A stretch of DNA of 64,000 nt from an uncultured Thermococci archaeon (GTDB taxonomy: Archaea > Methanobacteriota_B > Thermococci > Methanofastidiosales > B48-G16): NCBI GenBank assembly GCA_964595645.1, contig CAZQQT010000001.1, positions 192,001 to 256,000 on the forward strand. The letters are read 5' to 3'. Made by a program: the position numbers and the translations under genes. Positions 9,938-20,469 of the stretch are shown here, one piece after another (the stretch's first letter is position 1; each line of letters starts with the position of its first letter). Below the pieces are notes generated by a model that saw nothing but the letters and a program-made list of their open reading frames with translations, did no database searches and was not told where the DNA came from.

Positions 9938-10835
9938 ACGAGTGAGAAAGTTACTGAGAAAACAGCAGTATAAGATAGTGGGGGGCCATTCTGCAGTAAA
10001 AACGTGCCATTGGCTAAAAAAGAGCTTAATGGAAGATAGGGTTTGTTACAAACAGAAATTTTATGGAATAAAGAGCCATAGATGCCTTCAGATGAGCCCT
10101 GCCGTGATCAGTTGTACTCATAAATGTTTATTTTGCTGGAGACCTGTACAGCACACGGTGTCAACGATAGAGAATCCGGATCCTCCGGAGTTTATTGTAG
10201 AAAAAAGTATTGAGGCGCAGGAAAGACTCCTTTCAGGATATAAAGGTGTGCTTGACAGAGTAAACAGAGAAAAACTAAAAGAAGCGCAAGAACCAAACAA
10301 TGTTGCCATCTCTCTAGCCGGCGAACCAACGCAGTACCCATTTCTGAGCGATCTTATCGATGAATATAAAAAAAGAGGCTTTACTACTTTCCTTGTGACT
10401 AACGGAACAAATCCGGATGTGCTTGCGGAAATAAGTCTTCCGTGGAATCTTTATGTGACTATTCCAGCACCGAATGAGAAAATTTATAAAAAACTCTGCG
10501 TTCCACAGATCAACGATGGATGGAAACGAATTATGGAAACATTAGAGCTTTTCCCATCATTAGACACGCAAAAAGTAGCTCGATTGACTATGGTGAAAGG
10601 GTACAACCTTAAAAATCCCGAGCAGTATAAAGTACTGGTGGAGACTGCCTCTCCAGAGTACATCGAGGTCAAGGCATATATGTACGTAGGGTACTCTAGA
10701 CTACGGTTGAAGATGGAGAACATGCCCACCTTTCCTGAAATATTAGAGTTTTCACAGCAGCTGGAGAGAATTATACCGTATGAAATAAAAGACTCCTCCG
10801 AGAGTAGTAGAGTAGTATTACTGGTGAGAGAATGA
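9930..10835 (+). CDS. taw1: 4-demethylwyosine synthase (radical SAM)
   Basis: HSAVKTCHW, CYKQKFYGIKSHRC, CTHKCLFCWR, SLAGEPT. Confidence 0.95.
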   Translation: MDERVRKLLRKQQYKIVGGHSAVKTCHWLKKSLMEDRVCYKQKFYGIKSHRCLQMSPAVISCTHKCLFCWRPVQHTVSTIENPDPPEFIVEKSIEAQERLLSGYKGVLDRVNREKLKEAQEPNNVAISLAGEPTQYPFLSDLIDEYKKRGFTTFLVTNGTNPDVLAEISLPWNLYVTIPAPNEKIYKKLCVPQINDGWKRIMETLELFPSLDTQKVARLTMVKGYNLKNPEQYKVLVETASPEYIEVKAYMYVGYSRLRLKMENMPTFPEILEFSQQLERIIPYEIKDSSESSRVVLLVRE

Positions 10836-11236
10836 TAAAAGATTTCAGTATTAAAACTGTAGAAGCACGAAAGTTTGTGGAAGAATACAACGTTTCCAAT
10901 GTGAAGATATCAAATAAGAGTATGATAACAGACATGACCAAGCTCGATGAAGGGTTGAAGATAGATTTTATTTTCGTTGTAGAGTATAACCCAAATCTAG
11001 CGAATATACGTATAGAAGGAAATTTGGCATACTCGGGAGAAAATTCCGAAAGCATTTTGGAGACATGGCAAGAAAAAGAAAAGGATGAACGTGTGAAGAA
11101 ACTCCAGATGAGTATTGTACAGCGGTGTATCGCCGAGAGTATTCTCCTGGCAAAACAGATTAACGTTCCACCACCTGTCCCTATGCCGCAGTTTCAGAAA
11201 AAGGAAAAGCAGGACTACGAAGCGATGTTTGGTTAG
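10832..11236 (+). CDS. Conserved archaeal hypothetical protein
   Basis: 134-aa ORF coupled to taw1 by ATGA overlap; C-terminal VPPPVPMP. Confidence 0.7.
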   Translation: MIKDFSIKTVEARKFVEEYNVSNVKISNKSMITDMTKLDEGLKIDFIFVVEYNPNLANIRIEGNLAYSGENSESILETWQEKEKDERVKKLQMSIVQRCIAESILLAKQINVPPPVPMPQFQKKEKQDYEAMFG

Positions 11237-12063
11237 ACAATACCATCTATTTCAGTATGGAAATCTCCTGCGATTTTATCTTCTTTCATTATTCCCGCGA
11301 AATACTCATCCTTTAATCCTTTTTCAAACATTATTTTCCTCAACATGCTTCTAAATGCTTCTTTTTTATCGTCCAGACAGGCAAGTCTATGAGCTTCTAG
11401 GAGAGGGTATGGGTAACCAAGACAGAGTGGATTCGTTGCAAAATACGCGAGACGGGAGAATACTCCCTCTCCTCCGTTTACGACGTCAATTCTGAATGTT
11501 CTGCTCCTCTCATGAAGTCGGGAAATATATACATCACCAATCAAAAACCACTCGTACTTTGGCATCGTGACATCTACCTTATAGTACCATTTCCCTGTGT
11601 TTTTTATTACCATAGTATCGGGTATACCTTCTTCGAGGAGTGTTACTTTTGTTTTTTTGCTCACACCAACTACAGTATTCTCGAGATCTTGTATAGTCTC
11701 CTTTATCCGTTTGTTCGGGGCTATTAATGCACCGTCGTAGAGTACGAGATCACACCGTGCAGCTGCCTTTTTGACCATCTCCATTTCATGGGCAAGTCGC
11801 AGGGAGTCGATGTCTTCCACGAGTACGGCTTTGTTCTCGACCACATAGTCCTTTATTTTGTTGTTTTCATACACTACGAAGCCGTACCGTACAATGCCAA
11901 TGTTTTTCACTCCGTTACTCCACAGTACGGAGGATCCACCGTCTACTGCTGCGATCTTTCCCCCTTCCTCTTCAGTCTCTATATACGAAACGTTAAATTC
12001 CTTTCTCTTTTCGTACATCGTTTTCAGCTGGGAGAGAATATCCCGCATTTCATTCTCGATCAT
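11233..12063 (-). CDS. NurA-family nuclease
   Basis: AAVDGG, LYDG, VGVSKK, GYPYPLLEAH motifs. Confidence 0.8.
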   Translation of the reverse strand: MIENEMRDILSQLKTMYEKRKEFNVSYIETEEEGGKIAAVDGGSSVLWSNGVKNIGIVRYGFVVYENNKIKDYVVENKAVLVEDIDSLRLAHEMEMVKKAAARCDLVLYDGALIAPNKRIKETIQDLENTVVGVSKKTKVTLLEEGIPDTMVIKNTGKWYYKVDVTMPKYEWFLIGDVYISRLHERSRTFRIDVVNGGEGVFSRLAYFATNPLCLGYPYPLLEAHRLACLDDKKEAFRSMLRKIMFEKGLKDEYFAGIMKEDKIAGDFHTEIDGIV

Positions 12064-12098
12064 CAGTTATTTATAGGATCGATGAAAATAAAAGCATT

Positions 12099-12746
12099 GT
12101 GAAAACGGATTCTCCCCTCGACAAACTCTCAGATGGATTCCCTGAAAAAGCCATTACACAGATTTATGGAGATTTTGCTACGGGCAAAACGACGTTCTGT
12201 CTACAGCTGTGTGTTCAAAGCTGCAACCTCGAAAAAAAATCTATTTATGTAGATACAGAAGGAAATTTTTCTCCTGAACGTCTGCTCCAGATCGATTCCG
12301 AAATAGATTTAAAAGATATCCTTGTACTGGAGCTTTTTTCCTTCGAAAAACAATGTGATACAATAGAAAACCTCGATGAAAAGATGAACGATGGAATAGG
12401 ATGTATTGTAGTGGACTCAATGGTATCGCTATATCGTCTGGAGGGGAGTTCATACGATGAGCGGCGGGAGCTGAACAGACTTCTCGGCAAACAGATGCTC
12501 ACGCTCTCAAAAATTGCCAGGGAGCACGATATTCCCGTGGTCATCACCAACCAGATCTACGAAGATTTCGACAACGGCATTACACCGTTGGGCGGAAGCG
12601 TGCTTAAGTACTGGTCCAATATTATCATCGAGCTCACAAAAATTCCAGAACGTACAGGCTGGAGGCGGGCGACGATCATCAAACACAAGTATAAAAAAGA
12701 AGGGGCCTCCTGCGAATTTCGTATTTCTGGGAAAGGCATTATATAG
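12099..12746 (+). CDS. radB: DNA repair protein RadB
   Basis: GDFATGKT Walker A, YVDTEG, IVVDS, ITNQ, GGSVLKYW, KHK motif; no RadA N-terminal domain. Confidence 0.9.
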   Translation: MKTDSPLDKLSDGFPEKAITQIYGDFATGKTTFCLQLCVQSCNLEKKSIYVDTEGNFSPERLLQIDSEIDLKDILVLELFSFEKQCDTIENLDEKMNDGIGCIVVDSMVSLYRLEGSSYDERRELNRLLGKQMLTLSKIAREHDIPVVITNQIYEDFDNGITPLGGSVLKYWSNIIIELTKIPERTGWRRATIIKHKYKKEGASCEFRISGKGII

Positions 12747-12756
12747 TCTTCTTTTT

Positions 12757-13020
12757 CTACCATCTTATTTTAAAGAACCCCAGTGCCGTGACGCTTCCGA
12801 GGATATTACTCAGTGCCATTCCTATTCAGATATTGGATGGTACCATAGGTACACGTGATGACAAAGAGGTAGTAGAGTGGGAGCCGCGATCCCCAGAGCT
12901 GGATCATTCCCAGCCCCTGCAAGATAGAAATGAAGGCAAATATGCCGAACATGAAGAGATTCCGAGAAAGATGATCCCGATATAGCTCAGCACGATCTCA
13001 AAGATTTTTGGCCATCGATC
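12757..13020 (-). pseudogene. Frameshifted C-terminal remnant of a probable MATE-family efflux transporter
   Basis: Stitched frames give PKIFEIVLSYIGIIFLG / FGIFAFISILQGLG..QLWGSRLPLYYLF / GMALSNILGSVTALGFFKIRW*, resembling the last MATE helices. Confidence 0.5.
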
Positions 13021-13026
13021 TTATTA

Positions 13027-13934
13027 TTACTTATCCTTACGGCTAAATACTAATTCATCGAGCACCACTGGAAACAACAGAGCCACTGCGATAATAATGA
13101 GCCAGAGAGGGATCATTGGACCGCCTTCTCCAAACAGATCCTTACGCTGTGCCCGTTCGTTCAAGTTGATCTTCCATATTTCCCGCGTTTCCATTCCCGA
13201 TAGATAGTGCATATTATCTTTACCTATCGCGATTGCACGGGGGGGAAGTATCTGGGGGATAGTACCAGTCAGTCGTTTCTCCTGTCTCAACATCTACATA
13301 GAATACCTTTCGGGAGGTGTATCCGGTAACTATCACCTGTGCGTTTTCGTATGCAATATCTCCCGAGAAGTGTGCTGGTGAATCGATCTCTTTCAACACG
13401 GTATCGGTCTTCGGATCATACCTGTACAGAAGTGAATTAGGGAGTATTTTTTCCTCGCCGTGGGGATCTGCCGGTGGGAGCTCCTCCATTGCATACACAT
13501 CCAGTATCTAGAGCGTTTCGCCATCCCATGCTACGCCATAGGGTGTACTATACGGCGTCTCGTGCGTCTCCATCACTGTCCCCTTTGGTGAGATTTTATA
13601 GATCATACTGTCGCCGTAGTCAGCAACCCAGAAATTTTCACCATCGAATGTTAGTCCCTTAGGGTCTTTACATGGGAGTTCAAATGATTCTACTACCTTT
13701 TCTGTGGCAAAATCGCATTAAGAGAGCATGATCGCTTGTAGAGGTGATCCATAAATATTCATTGGTAAAAACTAATCCATATGGTGAGTCTGTTGGAGTT
13801 TCACAGGCAGTACTTTTGTACCGATGGGGGAGGTACTCTTCCGCCTTTTGCTGTTGGTGCTCCCTGTATAGATACGCAGTAACTACGAAGAATATCACCA
13901 CGCCTACTACGATTATTTTATTACTTCTTTTCAT
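13027..13934 (-). pseudogene. Disrupted membrane-anchored beta-propeller protein
   Basis: Repeats SPYGLVFTNEYLW, DPKGLTFDGENFW, TPYGVAWDGETL*; frameshift near 13718, TAG at 13508-13510 in a Trp position, extra base in G7 run 13239-13245. Confidence 0.8.
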
Positions 13935-13970
13935 TGTTTGTCCCTCCTTGAATTTTCATCTTACTGTCAC

Positions 13971-14440
13971 CTATAGTTCTACTCGTGGATCAAGCCATTT
14001 ATAGGAAATGTCAACCAGAAGGTTTGAAAGGAGAATGATAATTGATAATACAAGGGAGACCCCCATAACAGAGAAATAATCTCTTTTGAAAGCGGCCATG
14101 ACAAAATACTGCCCCAATCCAGGCCAAGAAAATACTCTTTCGATGATAGGCAAAGTAACTCCCATCAAAAATGCAATTCTCAATCCAAGAACTGTTGTAA
14201 TAGGAAGCATTGCATTTTTCAGTGCATGTTTGTAAATTACCACCCTCTCTTTTAATCCTTTCGCCCGAGCTGTCTTTATATACTCTTCCTTCAAGATATT
14301 AAGCATTGAGGAACGTATCAGTCGTGTGAGGTAGCCTACAGTCCCCAGTGCCAATGCTAAGGTGGGAAGTATCATATGTTTAAGATAGTCGAGATAATAA
14401 GCGAGATTATGTGGGGCGTTGATGAACCCCCATGAGTGAG
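13971..14440 (-). pseudogene. 5'-truncated DppB/OppB-type ABC permease
   Basis: YLKHMILP...RLIRSSML..YIKTARAKGL..HALKNA..IERVFSWPGLG..LDPRV; in-frame stop upstream, N-terminal half missing. Confidence 0.8.
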
Positions 14441-14638
14441 TGCCTTATAATACATCAGTATTGAAGGGTGGGATTTTATCATTTCATCCTTTCGCCCGAT
14501 AAGAACCGTGTGAATAGCGTTATTTCCTTGCATCTGTTCAATAATCATAACGATGAAAGTTAACGTGATGTCTATAGCTTTTTTCGGACGGGAAGAAACC
14601 TACGGTGTAATTTTTTTATTAGATTCATACTACTCTAT

Positions 14639-14652
14639 ACCGGCCAGTCGGT
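14639..14652. promoter_or_regulatory. Candidate operator palindrome next to a minus-strand TATA box
   Basis: ACCGGC-CA-GTCGGT (one mismatch from perfect) just downstream of minus-strand AAAGATTTAAAT (14659-14670). Confidence 0.35.
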
Positions 14653-14712
14653 CGGTAGATTTAAATCTTTGGATGTATTGCCGCTATCACAACCTTTATA
14701 TAACGCCGTTAT

Positions 14713-15657
14713 ATGCATAGACGTATGAGAAAGGACACCACCGTACTTGATCTGATCGGAGATACTCCTTTGGTGAGGCTCAAAAGGCTCGTTCCCACTA
14801 AGCGTGCACACCTTTACGCGAAACTTGAATGGTACAATATTGGCGGATCTGTGAAAGACAGAGCGGCAAGGTATCTGATTGAGCGTGCGGAGGTTGCTGG
14901 AGAGCTTACAAAGGAAAAAACTATACTCGAAGCTACCTCGGGTAATACAGGAATTGCACTATCCATGATAGCTGCTGTGAAGGGATACCGAATCACAATC
15001 ACAATGCCAGAATCTGTAAGTTTGGAGAGACGAAAAATAATCAAAGCATACGGTGCAGAATTACTACTTTCTCCCGCAGAGAAAGGGACAGCTGGGGCAT
15101 TAGAGCTCAAACAACAGTTACTACAAAAAAATCCCGAAAAATACGTTGATATCGATCAATTTAAGGACTCAGCGAACGTTCTGGCACATTACCAAACAAC
15201 AGGAAGGGAGATCCTTGAACAGACAGGTGGGAAGGTGGATACGATTGTGGTGGGAATCGGTACCGCAGGGACAGGAGTCGGTACATCTTTATGTGCGAAG
15301 GAGTACAATTCAGACATAGATGTCATTGGAGTTCTCCCGACATTAAATGCAGACATTCAGGGACTGAGACATCCAAAAGAATCATATCCTTCAAAACTTT
15401 TTGAAAAAGATTTTTTTGATGAACTTGTGGAAGTATCTAAGGATAAAATACCAGAAATCTATACTGTTGCCCGGAGAGTAGCGAGAGAGGAAGGATTGCT
15501 CGTGGGCATGAGTGCTGCGACAATTTTACATGTGGTCTTAGAGAAAATAAAAAAATTAGAAAAGAAAAAGACATTTGTTGCCATCCTCCCCGACGACGGT
15601 ATGAAGTATCTCTCAACTTCGTTATTCGATGAGAATCCCGAAAACCAAGATTTATAA
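14713..15657 (+). CDS. Cysteine synthase (PLP-dependent, CysK/CysM family)
   Basis: IGDTPLV, GGSVKDR, EATSGNTG, GIGTAGT, KYLST; start may be 14725. Confidence 0.9.
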   Translation: MHRRMRKDTTVLDLIGDTPLVRLKRLVPTKRAHLYAKLEWYNIGGSVKDRAARYLIERAEVAGELTKEKTILEATSGNTGIALSMIAAVKGYRITITMPESVSLERRKIIKAYGAELLLSPAEKGTAGALELKQQLLQKNPEKYVDIDQFKDSANVLAHYQTTGREILEQTGGKVDTIVVGIGTAGTGVGTSLCAKEYNSDIDVIGVLPTLNADIQGLRHPKESYPSKLFEKDFFDELVEVSKDKIPEIYTVARRVAREEGLLVGMSAATILHVVLEKIKKLEKKKTFVAILPDDGMKYLSTSLFDENPENQDL

Positions 15658-15680
15658 ATTTTGAGGGTGTATACTCTTTA

Positions 15681-16397
15681 ATGAAGATCGTGGAAGTAAC
15701 GGAGATTGTAAAGGAATCCAACGATGTTAAAACGTTTTTTGTTGATACATCATTTCATGCGAAGCCCGGGCAGTTCGCCATGCTCTGGCTCCCTGGCGTG
15801 AATGAAAAGCCCATGTCATTTTCGTACAAAAATGGATTCACAGTGAAAAAAATCGGTCCATTTACTGAAACAATGCATGAGCTTTCCGAGGGGGATAAAA
15901 TTGGAATACGCGGTCCCTACGGGACATCATTCTCCCTTCAGCATGGAACCACCGAGATAATTGGGGGCGGAACAGGACTTGCACCTCTACGATTTCTGGC
16001 AGAAACCCTTGAGACCGATATGAAAATTTTATTAGGATTCAGAACAAAATCTGAGATTTTCTTTGAGAAGGAGTTTAAAAAGTACGGGGATGTTCTCGTA
16101 TCAACGGACGATGGAAGCTATGAAAAAAAAGGATTTATCACAGAGTATCTAGATGCAGATCATGAGTACTACTACGTATGCGGTCCAGAGTCGATGATGA
16201 AGCGATGTGCAGAGATTTTACCGTCGAAGCGTGTAGAATATTCACTAGAACGGTATATGAAATGTGGCATAGGACTCTGCGGTAGCTGTGAAATAGGTGG
16301 AAACCTTGTCTGTAAAGATGGACCCGTGTTTGGTACGCTTCCCGATGGTGTTGGTGAGTATACACGAGACAAGACGGGGAGGAGGATACCACTGTGA
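15681..16397 (+). CDS. pyrK: Dihydroorotate dehydrogenase electron transfer subunit
   Basis: KPGQFAMLW, RGPYG, GGGTGLAP, CGPE, MKCGIGLCGSC, VCKDGPVF. Confidence 0.9.
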   Translation: MKIVEVTEIVKESNDVKTFFVDTSFHAKPGQFAMLWLPGVNEKPMSFSYKNGFTVKKIGPFTETMHELSEGDKIGIRGPYGTSFSLQHGTTEIIGGGTGLAPLRFLAETLETDMKILLGFRTKSEIFFEKEFKKYGDVLVSTDDGSYEKKGFITEYLDADHEYYYVCGPESMMKRCAEILPSKRVEYSLERYMKCGIGLCGSCEIGGNLVCKDGPVFGTLPDGVGEYTRDKTGRRIPL

Positions 16398-17020
16398 CCG
16401 ACGAAATGGCTCGTCTTTGGCAGTTCCTGGTAACACTTCTTTTTTTTATTTTAATTTTCCAACTCTCAAAGTATTTGTATTGGGAGTTTACTCTTAGAAG
16501 AAAGAAACAAAGAATGAGAAACAGATTGAAAAGTGAGAGATTATACCCTATTTTTCAAAAAGAGCCTGAAATTGAATTTAATGTGTTCTACGATGGAAGG
16601 ATGAAAGCTACCATAGAGAACAAGGAGTCTTTCTTCATTCAGGGTGTGAGACTCACCGTCGCAATTGATGAGATGGATGTCTCGATCACTCAGAAAGCAC
16701 CACCTGGCACCATTGAGTTCCCCGTGGACATAGATATTTCGCCAGGAACTCATAGTTTGCGGGCAGAGCTACGGTACACACACAATTTCCAGTGGTACTG
16801 CAAGAGACTTGCACGAGAAATACATATCCAAGCACCGGAGGAAGAACTCTTCCATGAAACATCAATTCGGGATCTGAAGAAAGAGTACAGAGATCTTGCA
16901 AAAAAGTACCATCCAGATCTGGCGGAGAATGAAGAAGAACGTGCGTACTTCGAGTCACAGATGGAGAAAATCAATGAAGAGTACTCCCGGCGTCTGGAAC
17001 GGATGAAGAATCTGCAGTAG
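16394..17020 (+). CDS. Membrane-anchored protein with C-terminal J-domain
   Basis: N-terminal TM; LKKEYRDLAKKYHPD...MEKINEEY. Confidence 0.8.
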   Translation: MTDEMARLWQFLVTLLFFILIFQLSKYLYWEFTLRRKKQRMRNRLKSERLYPIFQKEPEIEFNVFYDGRMKATIENKESFFIQGVRLTVAIDEMDVSITQKAPPGTIEFPVDIDISPGTHSLRAELRYTHNFQWYCKRLAREIHIQAPEEELFHETSIRDLKKEYRDLAKKYHPDLAENEEERAYFESQMEKINEEYSRRLERMKNLQ

Positions 17021-17101
17021 GTTTTTACCCAGAGTATCCGAAAACTTTATATATACTAATTTAATTACAAATTATAAAATTTATTAGCGAGCGTGAAAAA
17101 A

Positions 17102-18181
17102 ATGAGAAAAATAAAAGGAGGAATTATTGCGGCGATGGTGGTACTCTCATTAATTGTATTTGTTAACATAGTGAGCGCACCGATATTACCATCTGTAGTG
17201 TGGGTCGATGATGACTATCCCACTGGAGAAGATACTGATGGAGACGCATATTTCAAAACTATCCAAGCAGCTGTTAACAATGTTGCCGCTGGAGGCACTG
17301 TGTATGTGGCAGCAGGGCACTATACAAACACCCCCATCCAGATCTATACATCCGTCTCACTGATCGGTAAAGGAGCCTCTGTGACTATTATTGGAAGTAT
17401 AACAGATGAAATATACATCAGTGGTGCGATCACAGTCAATATCAGCGGCTTTACTGTACAGAATGGAACGTGTGGAATCGCATACAGAAATAGTTCATCT
17501 GGAATTATGAAAAACAACGTAATTACGGGAAACACGAGTCATGGCGTCTGTATTGATGGAAGTAGTCCTACTATTGTACACAATACTATTGACAACAACA
17601 ACGGAGACGGCATCCACATTTTATGTGGAAGCTCTCCGATAATAAAAAACAATATTGTTTCTTCGAATGGTAATGGCGGAATCGTTTGGGATATTACGGG
17701 TGCTCCTGTATCCGGTTACAACGATGTCTGGAACAACGGGGTGAATTACGTTAACATAATGCCAGGTCTCGGCGCAATATCACAAAATCCACAGTTTGCA
17801 GGTATCGGAAATTACCATCTCACTGGTAGTTCTCCATGTATTGATGCGGGCACTGATGTGGGAGTCTACACGGATATGGATAGCGACACACGGCCACAGG
17901 GAACAGGCTTCGATATCGGCGCCGACGAATATCCACAGGCAGCGGTGAACCTCATCGTGGATTTCATGCCAGTAAAAAACTACCATCTTACGCAGGTCAA
18001 CGCACTGCTCGGCAAGGTAGAGGGAGCTCTTCCAAGCGATGTTCCAGAGGATATTCAGACGCTTCTCGATGAGGTACAGAAACACATTAACAACGCGAAC
18101 ACCACGAATAATAGTATATACGCGAACAATGAGTTATTAAGAGCATTGAAGTTGTTGGAACAGGTTCTATCACAGTTATAA
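17102..18181 (+). CDS. Secreted right-handed parallel beta-helix protein (NosD/pectin-lyase-like)
   Basis: Signal peptide; VWVDDDY, FKTIQAAV, Asn/Gly-rich repeats, YHLTGSSPCIDAG..DIGADE; helical C-terminal tail. Confidence 0.8.
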   Translation: MRKIKGGIIAAMVVLSLIVFVNIVSAPILPSVVWVDDDYPTGEDTDGDAYFKTIQAAVNNVAAGGTVYVAAGHYTNTPIQIYTSVSLIGKGASVTIIGSITDEIYISGAITVNISGFTVQNGTCGIAYRNSSSGIMKNNVITGNTSHGVCIDGSSPTIVHNTIDNNNGDGIHILCGSSPIIKNNIVSSNGNGGIVWDITGAPVSGYNDVWNNGVNYVNIMPGLGAISQNPQFAGIGNYHLTGSSPCIDAGTDVGVYTDMDSDTRPQGTGFDIGADEYPQAAVNLIVDFMPVKNYHLTQVNALLGKVEGALPSDVPEDIQTLLDEVQKHINNANTTNNSIYANNELLRALKLLEQVLSQL

Positions 18182-18274
18182 CCTTTCTTTTTTCTGTTTT
18201 TTCCAGCTTTTCCTTCTCATACACTATACTATACCATGAAAAAAAATATAAACTCAGCCCGTTGAAGGACACAC

Positions 18275-18718
18275 ATGGCGCGAATTGATACTGACCACTA
18301 CTTCATGAAGATTGCGGAGATTGTGAAGGAACGATCTACCTGTGTGAAACAGAAGGTGGGTGCGGTATTGGTGAAGGACAAGCATATTATCTCTACAGGG
18401 TACAACGGTGCACCACGAAACGTGACTCACTGCACGGAGGAAACGTGTTTGCGATTGGATCTTGACTCTCTTGAAAAGTCTCATTTATGCAGAGGGGCAC
18501 ACGCGGAAGAGAACGCCATCGCTCAGGCGGCGTACCACGGTGTTTCTACCAAGGATTCCGTGATTTACAGCACACACTTCCCCTGCATGTCCTGCTCCAA
18601 ACTTCTGATAAACGCAGGTGTCACGAAGCTTTACTATGCGCGGGAGTACGACATGGACAACGAGTTAAAAATGAACCTTTTAAAGGAGGGCAAAGTGACC
18701 ATTAAACAGGTCGTGTAA
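18275..18718 (+). CDS. dCMP deaminase family protein
   Basis: RSTC, TGYNG, HAEENA, PCMSC. Confidence 0.92.
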   Translation: MARIDTDHYFMKIAEIVKERSTCVKQKVGAVLVKDKHIISTGYNGAPRNVTHCTEETCLRLDLDSLEKSHLCRGAHAEENAIAQAAYHGVSTKDSVIYSTHFPCMSCSKLLINAGVTKLYYAREYDMDNELKMNLLKEGKVTIKQVV

Positions 18719-19566
18719 TGTACGCGATACGTAAGTTTGATCCGTGGAACAACAGATTCTGTACCTGTCCACAAAAATACTCATTCAATCCGTATACGGG
18801 CTGCGATTACGGCTGTATTTACTGCTATTCTACATATATTCCCAATTTCTATCACTGCAGGAGGAAGAAAAATCTTTTGAAAAAAATGGAGAGGGACTTG
18901 GAGAACATCCCAGAAAATACGATAATTAGCATGTCCAACAGCTCCGATCCGTACCTACATCTTGATAAGACGTATGGCGATACGCGAAAGGCACTTGAGC
19001 TGCTCGAGGAGTACAATATGCGGGTACTCATTGTCACAAAGGGAACGCATCTCATAAGGGATGCCGATCTCCTCGCCGAGATGAACGCCGTGGTAACAGT
19101 CACGATCACCACATTCACTGCAGGAAAGCTCGAGCCGAACGCTCCTCCTCCAGAGCAGCGAATCGAGACGCTGCGAACGTTGAGCGATCATGGTATCCCC
19201 ACAGCATTACGGTTAGATCCGATTTTTCTGCACCTCTCCAAGGACTGTGAAAGAGTGATAGAACAAGCAGTAGATGCGGGAGTGCAACATGTGACGTCGT
19301 CGACTTTCAAACCAAAAAAAGACAGCTGGAACCGCTTCTCCACCGTATATCCTAAGGTTGCAGAGAAAACACAGGATCTGTATTTTGAGAAGGGAAAAAA
19401 GATAGGGAGGAGTTATTACCTTCCCGAGAACATACGGCGAGGGATGATGAAAACAGTACAGCAGTTATGTCAAAAGTATGGAGTAAGTTTCTCCACGTGT
19501 AGAGAGAATCTCGACATGGACGCACGGAGCTGCGATGGTTCTCACTTGTTTTTGAACTCTGTGTAG
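18718..19566 (+). CDS. Radical SAM protein (SPL-like archaeal family)
   Basis: [35 protein letters not shown]. Confidence 0.85.
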   Translation: MYAIRKFDPWNNRFCTCPQKYSFNPYTGCDYGCIYCYSTYIPNFYHCRRKKNLLKKMERDLENIPENTIISMSNSSDPYLHLDKTYGDTRKALELLEEYNMRVLIVTKGTHLIRDADLLAEMNAVVTVTITTFTAGKLEPNAPPPEQRIETLRTLSDHGIPTALRLDPIFLHLSKDCERVIEQAVDAGVQHVTSSTFKPKKDSWNRFSTVYPKVAEKTQDLYFEKGKKIGRSYYLPENIRRGMMKTVQQLCQKYGVSFSTCRENLDMDARSCDGSHLFLNSV

Positions 19567-19688
19567 CCGCACTTCCCACAGGTTCGTCTGTCCTTATGTT
19601 CTGCGAGAAAGACACCGGCTCCGCATCGAGGACATGTCTTTTTTCGAACTACTTTATCTCCTTTAACCTCATACTTGTCAGAAATCAT
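19542..19688 (-). CDS. rps27ae: 30S ribosomal protein S27ae (48 aa; absent from ORF track)
   Basis: [48 protein letters not shown]; follows rps24e. Confidence 0.95.
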   Translation of the reverse strand: MISDKYEVKGDKVVRKKTCPRCGAGVFLAEHKDRRTCGKCGYTEFKNK

Positions 19689-19975
19689 TTTTTCTCACCT
19701 ATCAGTCCATTTCGTTTGAGTACGTGGTTTTCCTCAACATGTCTCATTTTCTCTTCATTCTTGTATACCTTCAAGAAGCCTCTGTACTCGTTTTTTCCGA
19801 AACGGGACTTCATGCTCTGTATGACAAACGTATTTTCATCGATATCCATCATGGCGGCTATTCGTTCCCTCACCTTTTCATAGGGCTCACCACCACCTTC
19901 TGGAATAAGCTTAAATGTTACTTCTTTCCTTTCTAGGAGGGGATTTTCCTTCTCTTCAAGTATTTCGATTTTCAT
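19685..19975 (-). CDS. rps24e: 30S ribosomal protein S24e
   Basis: [27 protein letters not shown]; conserved operon position. Confidence 0.95.
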   Translation of the reverse strand: MKIEILEEKENPLLERKEVTFKLIPEGGGEPYEKVRERIAAMMDIDENTFVIQSMKSRFGKNEYRGFLKVYKNEEKMRHVEENHVLKRNGLIGEKK

Positions 19976-20469
19976 TCTACCACTTCCATTTTTTTAATAT
20001 CTTCTTTCACTCTCTTTTTATTCTTTTCATTCACTTCGATAATTTCAATACCTTCTTCAGGCACACCGTACACTATCAACGCACCCATCGGTGCGAAGAG
20101 GATAGCGGGCAACGATGCTAAATCTTCTTCACCTTCTATAAAAATCTTTTGTCCCGATTTCATGGTTTTCATTGCGTTCCAGAGGTCGTCGGTAATTGTA
20201 CCCTGAGGATTACGGATCTGTATTTCTTCGTATCCTTCTGCACCAACTTCCTCTTTTTTTGTTCGCATACTCTTTCCATCGATTACGAGTACATCGGGTC
20301 GTATTCCGATTTTCAACATATTTTTCGCTACTACATCCCCGATCACAACGAAAAACTCTCCCTTATAGAATTTTTTAAATTTATGGTACGGTTTTGGTAT
20401 CTCCCCCCTGATAACCTTCCCAATATGTGTTTTAAAAAGCTTTCGTGTCTCCTTCGTAAGTTTTAACAT
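19972..20469 (-). CDS. GTP-dependent dephospho-CoA kinase (DUF359)
   Basis: IGDVV, IDGKSMR, NPQGTI, GEEDLA, YGVPEEG. Confidence 0.9.
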   Translation of the reverse strand: MLKLTKETRKLFKTHIGKVIRGEIPKPYHKFKKFYKGEFFVVIGDVVAKNMLKIGIRPDVLVIDGKSMRTKKEEVGAEGYEEIQIRNPQGTITDDLWNAMKTMKSGQKIFIEGEEDLASLPAILFAPMGALIVYGVPEEGIEIIEVNEKNKKRVKEDIKKMEVVE

